Positions 1 through 12,669 of a DNA stretch of 36,397 bases are shown piece by piece (the first letter of the stretch is position 1; every line of letters starts with the position of its first letter). A program made the translations under genes and the position numbers. This DNA comes from Squatina squatina (taxonomy: Eukaryota): contig JARFOE010000001.1 of assembly GCA_031763465.1 (NCBI GenBank), forward strand, positions 4,397,986 to 4,434,382. Direction: 5' to 3'. The notes under the pieces are model-generated. The model had not been told where the DNA came from, did no database searches, and saw nothing but the letters and a program-made list of their open reading frames with translations.

Positions 1-180
1 TCTCGCCCCTACACTTTGCGCCTTAAATGCCAATTTAGCGCTTCCAGGATGCGCCGCTCCAAAAAACTTTTTTAAGAAACCCGAATTTCGCTACATTGTA
101 GCGCCTTCGTGGACAGGCGCGATTCAGGCGCTAAAATTTGTTGCAACGCCTTTACAGAAATGCTACCGAATTTCACCCCC
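1..180. mobile_element. Right terminus of a Harbinger-like DNA transposon (continues upstream of the window)
   Basis: GC-rich, with repeated TAGCGCC/GGCGCTA motifs, ending in GAATTTCACCCCC (168-180). Aligns by eye with 23380-23545 (ccgaatttcgctacattgtagcgccttcg vs ccgaattttgcgacgttgcggtgcctacg; identical terminal 13-mer). Confidence 0.55.
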
Positions 181-845
181 AAGGTGTTGTAGTGAAGGCT
201 AAAACATTGGAAGAAGTCACAAATGATCAGGGAGCACATATGAGGGGAATACTGGAAACAAAGCTCACAATATCAGTGCTTTGTAAGCTGCTCTGGTTTT
301 CTGCTCAGCAGAGTTAGTTGGCCAGTGTTATTTTCCAGCACTCTCCGGGCACATTGGAGCATATTATGTGTCCTGAAATTATGCAAAATATTCCAGGAAA
401 TATGCCTCAGTTGTTAACCATGGGTTATAACTAAATAGTGATTCCACGCATAGATGCATTAGATAAAGAAAGATTTTACATACGCCTACCAGGAGTAGGC
501 TTGGCAAAAATGACAAACCTCAATGGAAAACTATGAATGAGAGACCTGATCCACAACTTTAGGCTAGAAATTACTTGATCATTTTAGCAGACAGACCCTT
601 AACACATTCATGTGATGGTTATTTATCCGCCATTTTAAAAGAGTAGTTAACGGTTTATTTTAAACGAGGTAATGACTCCACTAAAGTAGTGTCGGAGGAG
701 AATCAACAATATCGCCAACATTCATTTTACTTTTATATGACTCTCCTGAGGAAAATGCCAAAGAAATAAGCGTTATGTATTCAGAACCATTTATTTATGT
801 AAGATATTTGGTGCAGGTAGCTGCAGCATCCAATACAAGAGAAAG

Positions 846-955
846 ACCATAAGAAGTAGGAGCAGGAGTAGGCCATTTGGCCTGTCGAGCCCGCTCCGCC
901 ATTCAATTGGATCATGGCTGATCCGACATTTCTCAAGTCCACCTCCCCGCCTTCT
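846..955 (-). mobile_element. CR1 LINE 3' end (elasmobranch type), truncated by gap
   Basis: ataagaagtaggagcaggagtaggccatttggcc...ccattcaattggatcatggctgatc is the reverse complement of the typical shark CR1 3' UTR (…atggcctactcctgctcctacttcttatg). Abuts a 100-N gap. Confidence 0.75.
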
Positions 956-1805
956 NNNNNNNNNNNNNNNNNNNNNNNNNNNNNNNNNNNNNNNNNNNNN
1001 NNNNNNNNNNNNNNNNNNNNNNNNNNNNNNNNNNNNNNNNNNNNNNNNNNNNNNNGATCCTGTGGTTTGGGTTGTGAATTTCAAAACTGAATCGTTTTTT
1101 TCTAAACACAGCCAATACCTCAGTTAAGAAACATAGACTATTTTGAATACTGCATGGCTATATATTGAAAATAAATCCAAACTTCTAGCTGTCGCGTAAA
1201 CAAGGACCTGTTGTGTGCAGTAACCCCTCACCTGCTGCTAAAAATGGAATTTAAAAGTCAAAGTAATTGAAATAGACTTTTTTTTTAAAAACCTTTATTG
1301 CAACATACTTTGATATTGAGCACAATGTTTTGCAAATGTTCAATTCTTTGATAAAGATTTCACTTCAAGGGAGACAGAAGTGAATCCCTTAATGATCACC
1401 TGCACTGCAATATGAAAGAAATCCCACTTGTTCCACCTGCAACAGGTGTTCCCAGCTGGCTGGAGGACAAGGCTGGAGGCAGCAATCTACCACAGAATTG
1501 CATCCTGAACTCATTTAAAATCTACAGTACTACAGAGATTTAGAAGGCAGAAAATTACTTCAAGACATCCTGCCTGTCGCAATCAGTCATTTTCTAAAAA
1601 TATCCACCTAGCCAATCAGATATGGCAGATGCATGCTTTGTGAGATGTGAACCCTGCATGTTTAAACAGAAGCCCTGTTTTTGTTTACTGCTTAAACAAT
1701 TAAGANNNNNNNNNNNNNNNNNNNNNNNNNNNNNNNNNNNNNNNNNNNNNNNNNNNNNNNNNNNNNNNNNNNNNNNNNNNNNNNNNNNNNNNNNNNNNNN
1801 NNNNN

Positions 1806-1880
1806 AACCGTTCTAGAATCTATTGAATTTTGGAAGATGACAACCAATGCATCCACTATCTCTATAGCTACCGCTTTCAA
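1806..1880 (-). mobile_element. CR1 LINE ORF2 fragment just upstream of the RT core
   Basis: Translates LKAVAIEIVDALVVIFQNSIDSRTV, matching the CR1 motif LKEVAxEIVDALxxIFQNSLDSGxVP. The adjacent 1881-2075 resembles a CR1 ORF1/ORF2 spacer. Confidence 0.75.
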
Positions 1881-2555
1881 GTCTGTCTGTTGTGATTCTT
1901 TTCACTTTTCTTCCCTATTTTCTCTATCTTACTATTTTAACTTTAATTCTACATACGTAGCCAATTCTAACCTTAGTTTGACCCTCTTCCTATCTTTTGC
2001 ACTTTAATTCAATTTCTTACCAGTTCTTCTGTGCTGCCTCTATCCACCATTCTGGATCCAACTCCGCAACACTAGGGACCATCTCCAGAGGATGTTTGTA
2101 GCCCAATAAGAAGACAATACACTTCAATTCCACCTGATCAAACTATTAAAGTGACCAGGTCAAGTTATTATATCAAAACCAGGCTAGAATTCAGAACTCC
2201 GAAGCTGTCGGAAAGCCCAACAAAGACAGCACCAACACTGGAGCTGAAAATCCAAAAGGTAATATTTTAATTAAAATAATGAATTAGTAATGTTACATGC
2301 AATCAACAGTTCCCTTATGTCATGATGCTGCAGGCTATGCTACCTCCAATTTCTTAAAAAATGAAAATATTTTGCAAGACACAACACCACTCCTTTAAGA
2401 ATCTGCTTTTGGTACAAATGTGTACACATTAATTAAGTTAATTATCTACTATGACTGAAAAATTGGCACCAATGTTATATATAGTTATGCTTGGTACTGT
2501 GTAAATTTGCCTCCTTTAAATAGATCAGGGCTTTTGAGAAAATAACATTGTTGCT

Positions 2556-2623
2556 AAAATAACAAAATGTTGGAAATGCACAACAGGTCAATCAGCATCT
2601 TTAAGAGAAAGATAGCTTAATAT
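2556..2623 (-). repeat. Penelope-type short repeat fragment, truncated by gap
   Basis: aaaataacaaaatgttggaaatgcacaacaggtcaatcagcatct is the reverse complement of the same family seen at 15532-15628 (agatgttgactgacctgcc…ttccagtatttctgttttgttt). Confidence 0.5.
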
Positions 2624-4367
2624 NNNNNNNNNNNNNNNNNNNNNNNNNNNNNNNNNNNNNNNNNNNNNNNNNNNNNNNNNNNNNNNNNNNNNNNNNNNNN
2701 NNNNNNNNNNNNNNNNNNNNNNNGCAACCCATGTCTGAGACCACCATGAGGGGTATAACGGAACACAAAATAACACAACACACTACCAGAAATGAAGCCA
2801 TGCTGTGCCAACTTCCAGATTATGTCGGCTTTCTTTTTTTAAGGGACCCAAAGCATAGCTATTGAATGTATCTGGTAATAAGTAACCAATTGTTTGCATG
2901 AGACGATTCTGGGTTGCCTGTGTAGACATTTCATAAATCATTAACAAGGCGCTTATGCAACCAGCCATTGGTGGCTAATGTAGCCTGAATGTCANNNNNN
3001 NNNNTACTGAACTTTTGAGCAAGAATGGCTTTTAAGTACTGCTGTGGAACTAATGGTGATTAAAAGTTGTAATTTGATTTGAATTGAATCACAATATGCA
3101 GTGATGTAAAGCAGCACCAGTGTTTAATGTGGGCCTACCTAGACTGTGTTGTTTTTTTAATGTTGAGTTTTCTGAACAGTAGAGTTGCAGGAATTAATTC
3201 TACAGAAAAGCTCCCTCATCTCACGTTAGGTCACAAATAAAAACACTTCCACTGTCACTTTTGAAAAATGAAATGCAGGTTTAGTGTTTTGATAGAAGAC
3301 ACGCTAAGTACAAAGAATCACAGTATTCCCCTTGTAAGCCCCTTTGAGCTCAGTTCAATGTCTTTAACAGCATGCAGCATTCATAGAGAATACACAATGG
3401 CAACCAGCAGGAACACACTTTATCCTGACAGTCTGCAAGACCTTGTAACCCACAAGTGGTTAAGTCACAAATGGATTNNNNNNNNNNNNNNNNNNNNNNN
3501 NNNNNNNNNNNNNNNNNNNNNNNNNNNNNNNNNNNNNNNNNNNNNNNNNNNNNNNNNNNNNNNNNNNNNNNNNNNNNCCCATTTTAAACGTTGACGTTTC
3601 AAGTAGCGAGGTTTGTATATTGTATAAGGTGTGTGGAATAATCAGGCTTAATGGGCCAAACAGTTTTTTTTTAGTTTTTGTAACTGTCGGAACTCTGTGT
3701 ACATGCATTTGTCCATATACGTGAGTTCAGTGCATTTTGGAAGGGACCTCACACAGATATAAAACTGGTGTTACACATGGGCAAGTTTCTACACTGTTCC
3801 ACCATTTTATTCTTGAAGCTTGAAATTCAATCTGTTTGCACGTCAAAGAAGAAAGCAATAATATTACTTTCTCATGTGGTATTTGTAATGTCAAATCCTC
3901 TCACTTTAATTTAACATTTACTGTTAGGTATAATGTTCAAAGACAGAGCAGTACAGACATGCTTCAACCACCTTTAATGTATTCCCTGCTGGATTTTTTA
4001 ATGCCTAATAAATCAAGCTCATTTGCACATGGTCATTTAGCACTTTCTGTTTCATGTATTAAATTAAAGAGAAAACCTGTGGATAAAGGAAACAGGTAAA
4101 ATCAGTGTAAAGTTATTGTTAATTGGATGTCTCCTGTCTCACTGTAGTCTGGCTGACCTTTGTATTTTTGTCACATAAAGGAAAAAGTAAAATGAAGTTT
4201 TGCAGAGGAAAACTGGTTTGGAATTTGGTAATAAACACAATACCCTATCCCAGGCTTCCAACAGCATTCCAGACAACTCCTTCACGATCTGGTTACCCTT
4301 TTCACCGTATTAATAAATTTATTTAAAACAGAGCATTGCTGACAGTTTTTCATATTTTGAAAATTAT

Positions 4368-4732
4368 GGGCTGGCATTTATTGGTCATCCCTAGTTGCCC
4401 TTGAGAAGGTGCTGGTAAACCACCTTCTTGAACCGCTGCAGTCCGTGTGCTGAAAGTGCTCCAATAGTGCTGTTAGCTGGGAAGTTCCAGGATTTTGACC
4501 CAGCAATGATGAAGGAACGGTGATATATTTCCAAGTTAGGATGGGGCATAACTTGGAGGGGAACCAGGTGTCCCCATGCGCCTGCTGGCCTTGTCCTTCG
4601 AGGTGGTAGAGGTCGTGGGTTTGGGAGGTGCTGTCAAAGAAGCCTTGGTGAGTTGCTGCAGTGCATCTTATAGATGGTACAAGGTTCGTCGGTGGTGGAG
4701 GGGGTGAATGTTTAAGGTGGTAGATTGGCTGC
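4368..4732 (-). mobile_element. 3' end of a CR1/L2-group LINE (ORF2 C-terminus + 3' UTR)
   Basis: Minus strand encodes …IYKMHCSNSPRLL*QHLPNPRPLPPRRTR. Paralogous to 32555-32998. Confidence 0.75.
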
Positions 4733-4771
4733 TAAATCTGAAAGGTGCTGTAGAAATGCCCTAAAGTATAT

Positions 4772-5045
4772 GGCCTAGATTTTGGCTCACTTACCTCCAC
4801 AATTTTTCACCACGATCTGGTTAGAAATGGCGGCAGCCACTCTCGTGCCTTTCCCTGGGACTCGGCGGCTGCCATTTTGGTGAGGGCCTTAGCATTGCCG
4901 ATCGCAGCGCTGGCCCTGGAGATGTAAATAAAGGGAGGGTGATGTCAGTCGGTGTGCAACGCCGTCTTAACGTCAACACAACAGACTTGGACCTTAGCGC
5001 TGAGTTCAGTACTGGGCCCTAAGCTTGCCATGAAAACCCAGTGTT
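4772..5045. mobile_element. Left end of a Harbinger-like element, truncated by gap
   Basis: Starts GGCCTAGATTTTGG; GC-rich. Shares blocks with 26603-26937 (cattttggtgaggg/catcttggtaaagg; gtcggtgtgcaa/atcagtgtgcaa). Confidence 0.45.
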
Positions 5046-7012
5046 NNNNNNNNNNNNNNNNNNNNNNNNNNNNNNNNNNNNNNNNNNNNNNNNNNNNNNN
5101 NNNNNNNNNNNNNNNNNNNNNNNNNNNNNNNNNNNNNNNNNNNNNGCTTAGCTGTGTCACTGCATGCGTGATTTTAACCTGTGTCCGTGCGCCACACACC
5201 CCTCCATTATCCTCCTGGATTTTTAGGAGTGTTGAGGCTGCCCAACACAGACAGTCAGGGCCTCATTAATGTGGAAATGCTGGGGTCTGAATGTTATCAT
5301 CGGACCCCAATGTGATTTGAACTGGGAATCACGGGATGCAATGCCCAGTGTTGAAGCTATCAGGGAAAGCTGGAACCTGCAACACTCCCCCCAGAACCAT
5401 GGTGGCAGTGGGCTGGAAGGGTGTGGATTTTCAGCTCCCTTAAGTTTTCACATTGCATTTGGATTAGACTGACATTGAGGTGCACTGTCACACTTGTAAG
5501 TTAGTTCATGGTTGGTGTTTTATGGTTACTGGTCTTGATTGAGTTCTGATCAAAGTGGGCCATCAAATTTCAGAGATTGTTCTCTTAAGAGGAGACAGTT
5601 CAAAACTGAGCGAAGAAAGTATCGAGCTCTCGGATGTCATTGGAAGTTGAAATGCATTCTGAAGAAAATATGATCTTCTGATCTCTCATATTTTGGAGAG
5701 GGGACCTAAATGTAGGTGTATTGCTCCAGTTTTTTTACAAGTTCAAAGTGGACTGAGGAATGGTAATCAGTGACAGAGTTTTCATCCAGTAATCAGTCAG
5801 CTATATCACAGACGGTACTTCTTTGGAGAAACTAACTTCATATAATGCCTTTCTAAGTGTCTCATGATTAGTGAGATTCATCTTGCACACAACAAAGCAT
5901 GAGAAAACATATAATTAAAAGTAATTTTGTAGACACTCAAATAGCATTGAGCTGGCAGCATTATATAGCCCATCTCTTCAAAGCTGAGTATAGGTGAAGC
6001 AAGGTGCCGTTGCTTTTACCACATGATTGAAAACTCCTTAATACACCTGGGATATTAAGGTAGGTTAATTTTCTGGGCAAGTAAAACAGGTTTGTATGAA
6101 CCTTTCTCAGTGCAGCAAGTTAATATATGGCTTGGGACACCTGCACTGACCACATCCTGTAGGAAAGTTTATAGCTGGAAGTCAGTAAACTTCACTGGAT
6201 TGCCTAAAGGTGTTCAGTAATCCAGGTTGTACTATGCAATGGAACAGTTGCTCAATCCCTCCACGCAATAAATCTTAAGCAAATGATTGCTTCAGCCAAA
6301 CCCTGCATCAGTGATTTAATACAGGTGGCCTGGTTTCCCCTTGTCAGCAGAATAGATTCCAGCTCAGTCATAATTCTTACTGGGTTAAATATTAAAGATT
6401 ATCACAATTTGTTTTGCAACAGCATTATCAGTCAACCTTTGCTTCTGCACTGTCATGATTTGAGAACAATCTATCGTCCATCAGCCTGACTTGATTTCCT
6501 GTCATACTCAGGTAAATGACTGAAAGTTAATNNNNNNNNNNNNNNNNNNNNNNNNNNNNNNNNNNNNNNNNNNNNNNNNNNNNNNNNNNNNNNNNNNNNN
6601 NNNNNNNNNNNNNNNNNNNNNNNNNNNNNNNGTCAATCACTCAGTGATTATTTGGTAGAGGAATGTGACCTCACTTTACCAGAAAGGTGACATTAAGTAA
6701 AATACAGTTGCTGGGAGGATTAGAATCTGATGCTGTTTGTCTTGTATTACTTGTATGAGTTGCATTGGTATTTCCTGAACTGCTAATGATGCCAACCTTA
6801 ATACCAGACTTTGGTAGTTATTTACATCCGTTCCTAATCCTAGTTTTGAATCTTAGATTAGTTGCTATGTCAGCCCAAGATTTAGAAAGCACTCTCTTCA
6901 TTATTGTTGTTAGTATTCTAAGTAAATGGGCCATCTGTTTCCAGTCTTTTTTTTTAATTATTTTCTTTTTCCCTCGTTGGATGATTCTACAATATTCCCT
7001 CCCTCCTTGTCT

Positions 7013-7273
7013 AAAAGACTTGCATTCACAGAGCACCGTTCACGGCCTCAGGATGTCTCAAAGCACTTTACAGCCAATGAAGTACTTTTTGAATTGTAGT
7101 CACTGTCATAATGTAGGAAATGCAGCAGCCAATTTGCACACACCCGCAGCACTCCCTCAGTACTGCACTGGAGTGTCAGCCTAGACCTTTGTGCTCAAGT
7201 CCCTGGAGTGGGACTTGAACCTGCAACCTCCTGACTCAGGCAAATGTGCTACCCACTGAGCCACGGTTGACAC
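7013..7273 (-). mobile_element. tRNA-derived DeuSINE (SacSINE1-like), internally deleted copy
   Basis: Minus-strand head has A box TGGCTCAGTGG and B box GGTTCAAGTCC; tail …atgcaagtctttt. Homologous to 17918-18369 but lacks ~190 bp of the centre. Confidence 0.8.
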
Positions 7274-7382
7274 GCCTGTCAGGGATAAGCGTCCCTCTGA
7301 TCTGTGCAATACCTGCATGCAGCAATTTCAAACCATAAATCAACATTTCCCAATATGTTACCATTTAAATAATACTCTGCCT

Positions 7383-7490
7383 TTCTTTTTTTCCAACCAA
7401 AGTGGATAACCTCACATTTATCCACATTATACTGCATCTGCCATGGATTTGCCCCCTCACTTAACTTGTCTAAATTGCCTTGAAGCCTCT
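7383..7490 (-). mobile_element. CR1 LINE RT fragment
   Basis: Translates RLQGNLDKLSEGANPWQMQYNVDKCEVIHFGWKK, the post-YADD CR1 motif LQxDLDxLxxWAxxWQMxFNxxKCxVxHFG. Confidence 0.78.
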
Positions 7491-10400
7491 NNNNNNNNNN
7501 NNNNNNNNNNNNNNNNNNNNNNNNNNNNNNNNNNNNNNNNNNNNNNNNNNNNNNNNNNNNNNNNNNNNNNNNNNNNNNNNNNNNNNNNNNACAGAATTAA
7601 TTTGGTGCTCCACTGCTCTCCCACTTTGAGCTGCATTCATACATTACGTTAAATAATTCTGGTACCTTGGTAACAGCCTCTAAAGGCACTTGGGTATTAA
7701 AGTGATAATCCATAATTGTTAATGATTGTCTCGTTATGCATTTGAAAGGCAAGAATGTAGAGCTAACCAAGCAAGATGTCCCTGAATATCTTTGAAGAGG
7801 CTGGTATTATCTTCCATTTCTACTCCCTGTGTAATTATGGTATTTATTTAATGTTATCAGACAATGCGGACGTTGCTAGATTTCTGTTAATCTCTTTCAT
7901 GAATACTAGCTGACTGGCTGAAGGGTTATTATTATATCAGCATGAAGCTTTTAATTTGACAGATTGCTGTTAGTCAGTAAAGCCGCCACCACTGTCTTAT
8001 ATATCAAAAAACGAGAAACAGAATGTTTAAACCATCAGATTTCTCAATAGAAAATGGGGTCTGTTCCCCTGTAGCTTGCATCACTCTCTAACCTAGAGCA
8101 TAGGCAAGTGGCCTCTTTCCTTTCTTCTACCAAAGATATTGTTGAGTGGTCACTCGAAGCTAGCCTCCAGTTTTTCCATCCTTCTCTCCCTCCCTCTGTC
8201 TGCCCAAGGTGGTTGACAGCTCTGGCTGCTCCCCTTTCCTGCCTGAAATAAGATGGTTCTTCCATTTATATCTTGTTCCAAGTGGTAATTACCAAGCTGG
8301 AGAAGCCCTTTATTCATATTTATCACACTAATCTCATGAGTTGTCAAGATGTGAAAAACTTTTATTTTTAGATTGAGAAGCAGCCACGCTGAACTGGGAT
8401 ATTCCCTCAGAGAAATCTGCTTTCACCTTCAATTTCCTCACTCCCAAAATTGGGACATCAAGAAGAGCTATCTAATTGTGTTCATATGTATTTCATTATT
8501 TGCAAGTCTCTAGTATAAAATGTTTGTATAATGGGTACATGTCCCTAAATTGCAACTTTCTCTCATTAGGGTATAATGCAATTCATTACACCTACACTGG
8601 GGCACTTTCCAAAGAGCCTTGATGATATTTTAGTTTAGATTCTTTTTACAGAAGTGAACAATTAAAACAATAGCAAAAATATTTCAAATGAAGCAGATAT
8701 ACGTCCTATATCTGCAGCCCAANNNNNNNNNNNNNNNNNNNNNNNNNNNNNNNNNNNNNNNNNNNNNNNNNNNNNNNNNNNNNNNNNNNNNNNNNNNNNN
8801 NNNNNNNNNNNNNNNNNNNNNNAGTGGGCGCTCCAGCATCATTTCCAGTGGAAAATGTGTTGAGCTGAAAAATAGGCAAGAAATCTAAAGGTTACAGAAT
8901 CCACCAGGTCTTCTGGCCCCGCCCACCCCAACACCACTGAAAATCCAGCAGAAAGGCAGACGAAAATTCTGCCTACTGTTTCTTCAATCTCCTGCTAGAC
9001 AGGACCTTAACATGCATTTAGCGTCAAAAATGTGTCAAGCCCTGAATTATTCATTGTTCCCAAATCAGTAAATCATAAATAATCCCTTAAGGGACTAAAA
9101 GGTACCTGGGTCCCAAGGTCAAGCAGTGGTGAAACTAGTAAATATCATGTTCTCTGACATGCAATTAGAACATCTGTTTGTGTCATGTATGCCTGTTAAG
9201 ATGTTTATTCTGCAAACTGCAGGCATAATGTGGCTAATCCCTGGTATGTAGTTTATGCTTAAATATCAGACAGTGACATTGAGTGGCTCAGACAGTCATA
9301 TTAGCAATTTGTCAATTGTCATATTACCAGTAACAATGTATTTCCTGCTTCCAGAAAGAGCGAGTGCATTGCTGGAGTCTTCAGGTTTCAGTTACATAGT
9401 TACTGTTAATTTCCTGATTCAGCTGGTTGAAATCAAAAACGCAAAGCTGTATGAAATGTACAAATGGACCGAATCAGGATTTTTTTATATTGGGATTTTA
9501 AAGATATTTTGNNNNNNNNNNNNNNNNNNNNNNNNNNNNNNNNNNNNNNNNNNNNNNNNNNNNNNNNNNNNNNNNNNNNNNNNNNNNNNNNNNNNNNNNN
9601 NNNNNNNNNNNCCCCTTCAAAAGTGTCTCAATGATATGTTCTGAGCGCCGGTGCTATCTGTAGAACTAAAATTCAGTTTTCAGTGTTTTCTCTTTGCATT
9701 AGCGGCTGGCTCCAAAGATGCCAGCACATATTATGTTAGCATCAGAGAAAAGAGATGAAAATAGAACTCTTTTTTAGACATGTTAACTGAAAGATCAGGT
9801 TGGAAATCAGGTGCTTGTAAGAGTGATCCTCAATGAAAAGATTATGGGTGGAAGGGTGATAGCTATCCTGGACAATCTGCCAGAATGGCTATTAGCCCCG
9901 CCCTTTCAGTAGAAAGGTCAAGCCGATTGCCAAATACAGATTGTCAGGCCATGAGAAAACAAGGCTCTAAGCTATTTAAAGAACAAAAAAACAATAAATC
10001 ATAAGGCATCTTAGGTACAACCCCTCCCATCATAATTGTTTGGAGACATTGCAGAAAAAATTGCCAACCAGCACCAATCAGAGTAAATCAAGAGCAGCTT
10101 GTGTGCCGAGCACCGACTAAAAGATATGAATTTAGTTTTATTCCTTGATGTCGTACAAATTTTCAGTGATGTATCTCCAAGTGTTGTTGATTATTCAAAG
10201 CTGACAAGACTCCAAGATACGACAGAAATTCCTCCGTACTCAGCTTAAAGTTTTCTCTACTCCATCCCACCCGCCCCACAGTTGCCACATGACAGCTTGC
10301 CTTGGCAGATGTGAGCAGGCCAACTCAGGAGCAGTGAGCTCCAAATGGTCCGTTAGGATGACAGCTTTCAGCATAACTTAACTGTGACTAATAACAAGAT

Positions 10401-11870
10401 GTAAAACAGAGCATATTCATTTATTGGTTTGCAAAACTGTATGACAATTGCAGTGCTTCCATATTATTTATACGGCTGTTTTTGACAATGCACAGGAAGA
10501 TGTTTCATATTATGCAGGGAACGTTTGGTTAAAAAAAAGCAGGAGCCCTGTGTGCCAGGTACACATCTACTTTCCAGCCGTGCTTTAAGGCTTTGTAATG
10601 CAATCTGTGCATAATCATAACAGCACTTCAGAGATTGAAACACTGTACTGCTTTTTTTTTAAATTTTATCTCCGAACCTTTCTCTTTTTAACTCTTATAT
10701 ATACTTCTCTTCCATTTCCATCCTGACAGTACATGAAATGTGCAAACTTCAATCTATTGTATATGCAGAGGTTGCAGTGGAGATGGATTATTATGCTATT
10801 GTAAGAAAGCCAGTGTGCAACAATAGTAACACTGTTTGTGCTGCTCATAAATGTCATGCATGCAGTGAAAATGAAACTGTTTAAGATGGTTGGCCTTTGC
10901 TAAGTATCTTGTTTACTTGAATATGCTGCGAATAATGATTGAACTGAAAAACACATAAAAATATAAAACTGTCAGTCTGCAAACCAAATAGTTGAGTAGA
11001 TAGTGGGGGCAAATGGACTAAATCGATTTTAACATGCATGTTAAAACTGTGAAAGTACATGGTTTAGCGCTGTTAGGCTAAAAACATTTGTCTCTGTCTC
11101 ATTGCATTTCCCCAGCACTTAGCTGAATACACCCACAGGCCCCTTCCTTGGCTCCAGTCAGACTCCATGTCTGATTAATGGCAGCTGGAGGTGTCCAATA
11201 ATTCCCTTACCTTATAATAAGCCACAAAAGTACTGTGGTACCCCTCAGGTCTCAATTTGTCCAACTGCTTTTACAGCCACGAGGCAGTGTTGCATTTCCT
11301 TTATCTGTACTGACTGCAGAGTGAAACATTTGATCGGATGCCTTAGATACCAATCCAACAGTTGAGATAGTTAAATGACTGAAATTGAGTTAAGTCCTTC
11401 TATAACATGAACTAAAAGCAGGGGGAGGGAACAGCCTCATATTTTACATTGCTCACGTGCGATGGTTCCAGCAGTCTTTTATTTCTCCCATGAGAAGCTG
11501 TTACAATTAATTGCACTAAAAGAGTGGGTTGTAAAAAAACAGGATTAATGACTTATCATGTTTTGCATATTGAAAATCATTATGATAAATCATAACAGCA
11601 TGATTAGTTGGGTTGGGTATTTAGATCAATTTAAACTTCCTGAAGTGCAAATGTTACCAGGCTGTGCCTTTGGTGTAGCTCCAAATGGTTGGATCAGACA
11701 CAATTCCACCACAAGTGAGTTCCTAACCTTAGTCCAGCAACTGGTCAGGAGGAGCAGCGGGTGGAGGGGCCGTGGAGGGGGGAGTGGAGATGGCAAGGGA
11801 TAGGTGGTTCTTTCCTCACAGAGAAACCTGAGGGACAAATTAACTGAATGCCTGTTTCAGAAACCTGCCC

Positions 11871-12669
11871 GGGGGTCCCAATTGGTCAGCGCCACGCTGG
11901 CAGCTTTAGCTGCCGAAAAAAGGATTTGTTAGCGCTGGTTTCGGGGTCCTGCAAAATAATGAGGCTTTGGTCTCGTAGGAAAAAAAATTCAGTGGTGGCA
12001 CTCATGGGGCTTAATNNNNNNNNNNNNNNNNNNNNNNNNNNNNNNNNNNNNNNNNNNNNNNNNNNNNNNNNNNNNNNNNNNNNNNNNNNNNNNNNNNNNN
12101 NNNNNNNNNNNNNNNTAACTGCGCGAATTAAGTCATTTAACTTCTTTCGGCATTGAGATGGAATCCTGTTCAGCCCATCAATTGTAGACATCTCCCGGGC
12201 AATCCCCACCCAAAGTTCCCTCACCATCTGGGGTGCCAGTCTTTGCCTCATTGGCATAAACAGCCGTGCCTCCCGAGCCTCCACTGATGCCACCAGCATG
12301 TCCAGGCCTTGCTCAGTGAAGCGCCTGGCCCTCTGATCAGGAGCTGCATCTGCCATCATGTATCTTACACACACCTCGCACAGCAGAATGTGAGGCTGCA
12401 CATTGCCTTTAAGGGCTGGAGTGGTCTGGAACGTGATGAGCACCAAATACATTGCTCCTGGAATTAGTCATGCTCAGAATATTTTTGACTCTAAGCGCCA
12501 CAGCTGGCCTGAATAGTGCTCCCATTAAGCGCCATTAGCGCCACCACTGAAATTCTTTTTTAAAGAGACCAATTCCTCTTCACTTTGCAGGTACCTCAAC
12601 CTGGCACTAAAAGACACTTTTTTGCACCATCGAATTCTGGCAACGTGGTGCTGACCAATTGGGACCCCC
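11871..12669 (-). mobile_element. PIF/Harbinger DNA transposon with long imperfect TIRs; interior collapsed in a 100-N gap
   Basis: Left end gggggtcccaattggtcagcgccacgctggcag vs reverse complement of right end gggggtcccaattggtcagcaccacgttgccag (30/33). Similarity extends over 11871-12015 vs 12524-12669. Encloses a Myb/SANT-like ORF. No clean 3-bp TSD. Confidence 0.85.
12116..12359 (-). CDS. Harbinger Myb/SANT-like (trihelix, NAIF1/MSANTD-like) DNA-binding protein, N-terminal domain; 3' part lost in gap
   Basis: MMADAAPDQRARRFTEQGLDMLVASVEAREARLF…VRELWVGIAREMSTIDGLNRIPSQCRKKLNDLIRAV fits the pattern R-x-x-x-F-[ST]…L-V-x-x-V…LF…W-x-x-IA…R-x-x-x-QCRKK-x-x-DL. No stop for 81 codons up to the gap. 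Confidence 0.8.

Noticed and set aside
2024-2258. Plus-strand exon (pyrimidine tract-CAG … AAG|gtaata)
   Set aside because: Stops in all three frames, and the pyrimidine tract looks like antisense CR1 spacer sequence.
6765-7184. 139-aa hydrophobic ORF
   Set aside because: T-rich low-complexity sequence running into an antisense SINE; no recognisable domain.
11758-11808. G-quadruplex-like G-rich run
   Set aside because: Irregular G-tracts with a long last loop; no supporting context.
12116-12452. Domesticated host gene such as NAIF1/MSANTD
   Set aside because: The ORF lies between intact TIRs, so it is transposon-borne; no gene symbol assigned. The upstream extension to 12452 and the part beyond the gap are probably spurious.
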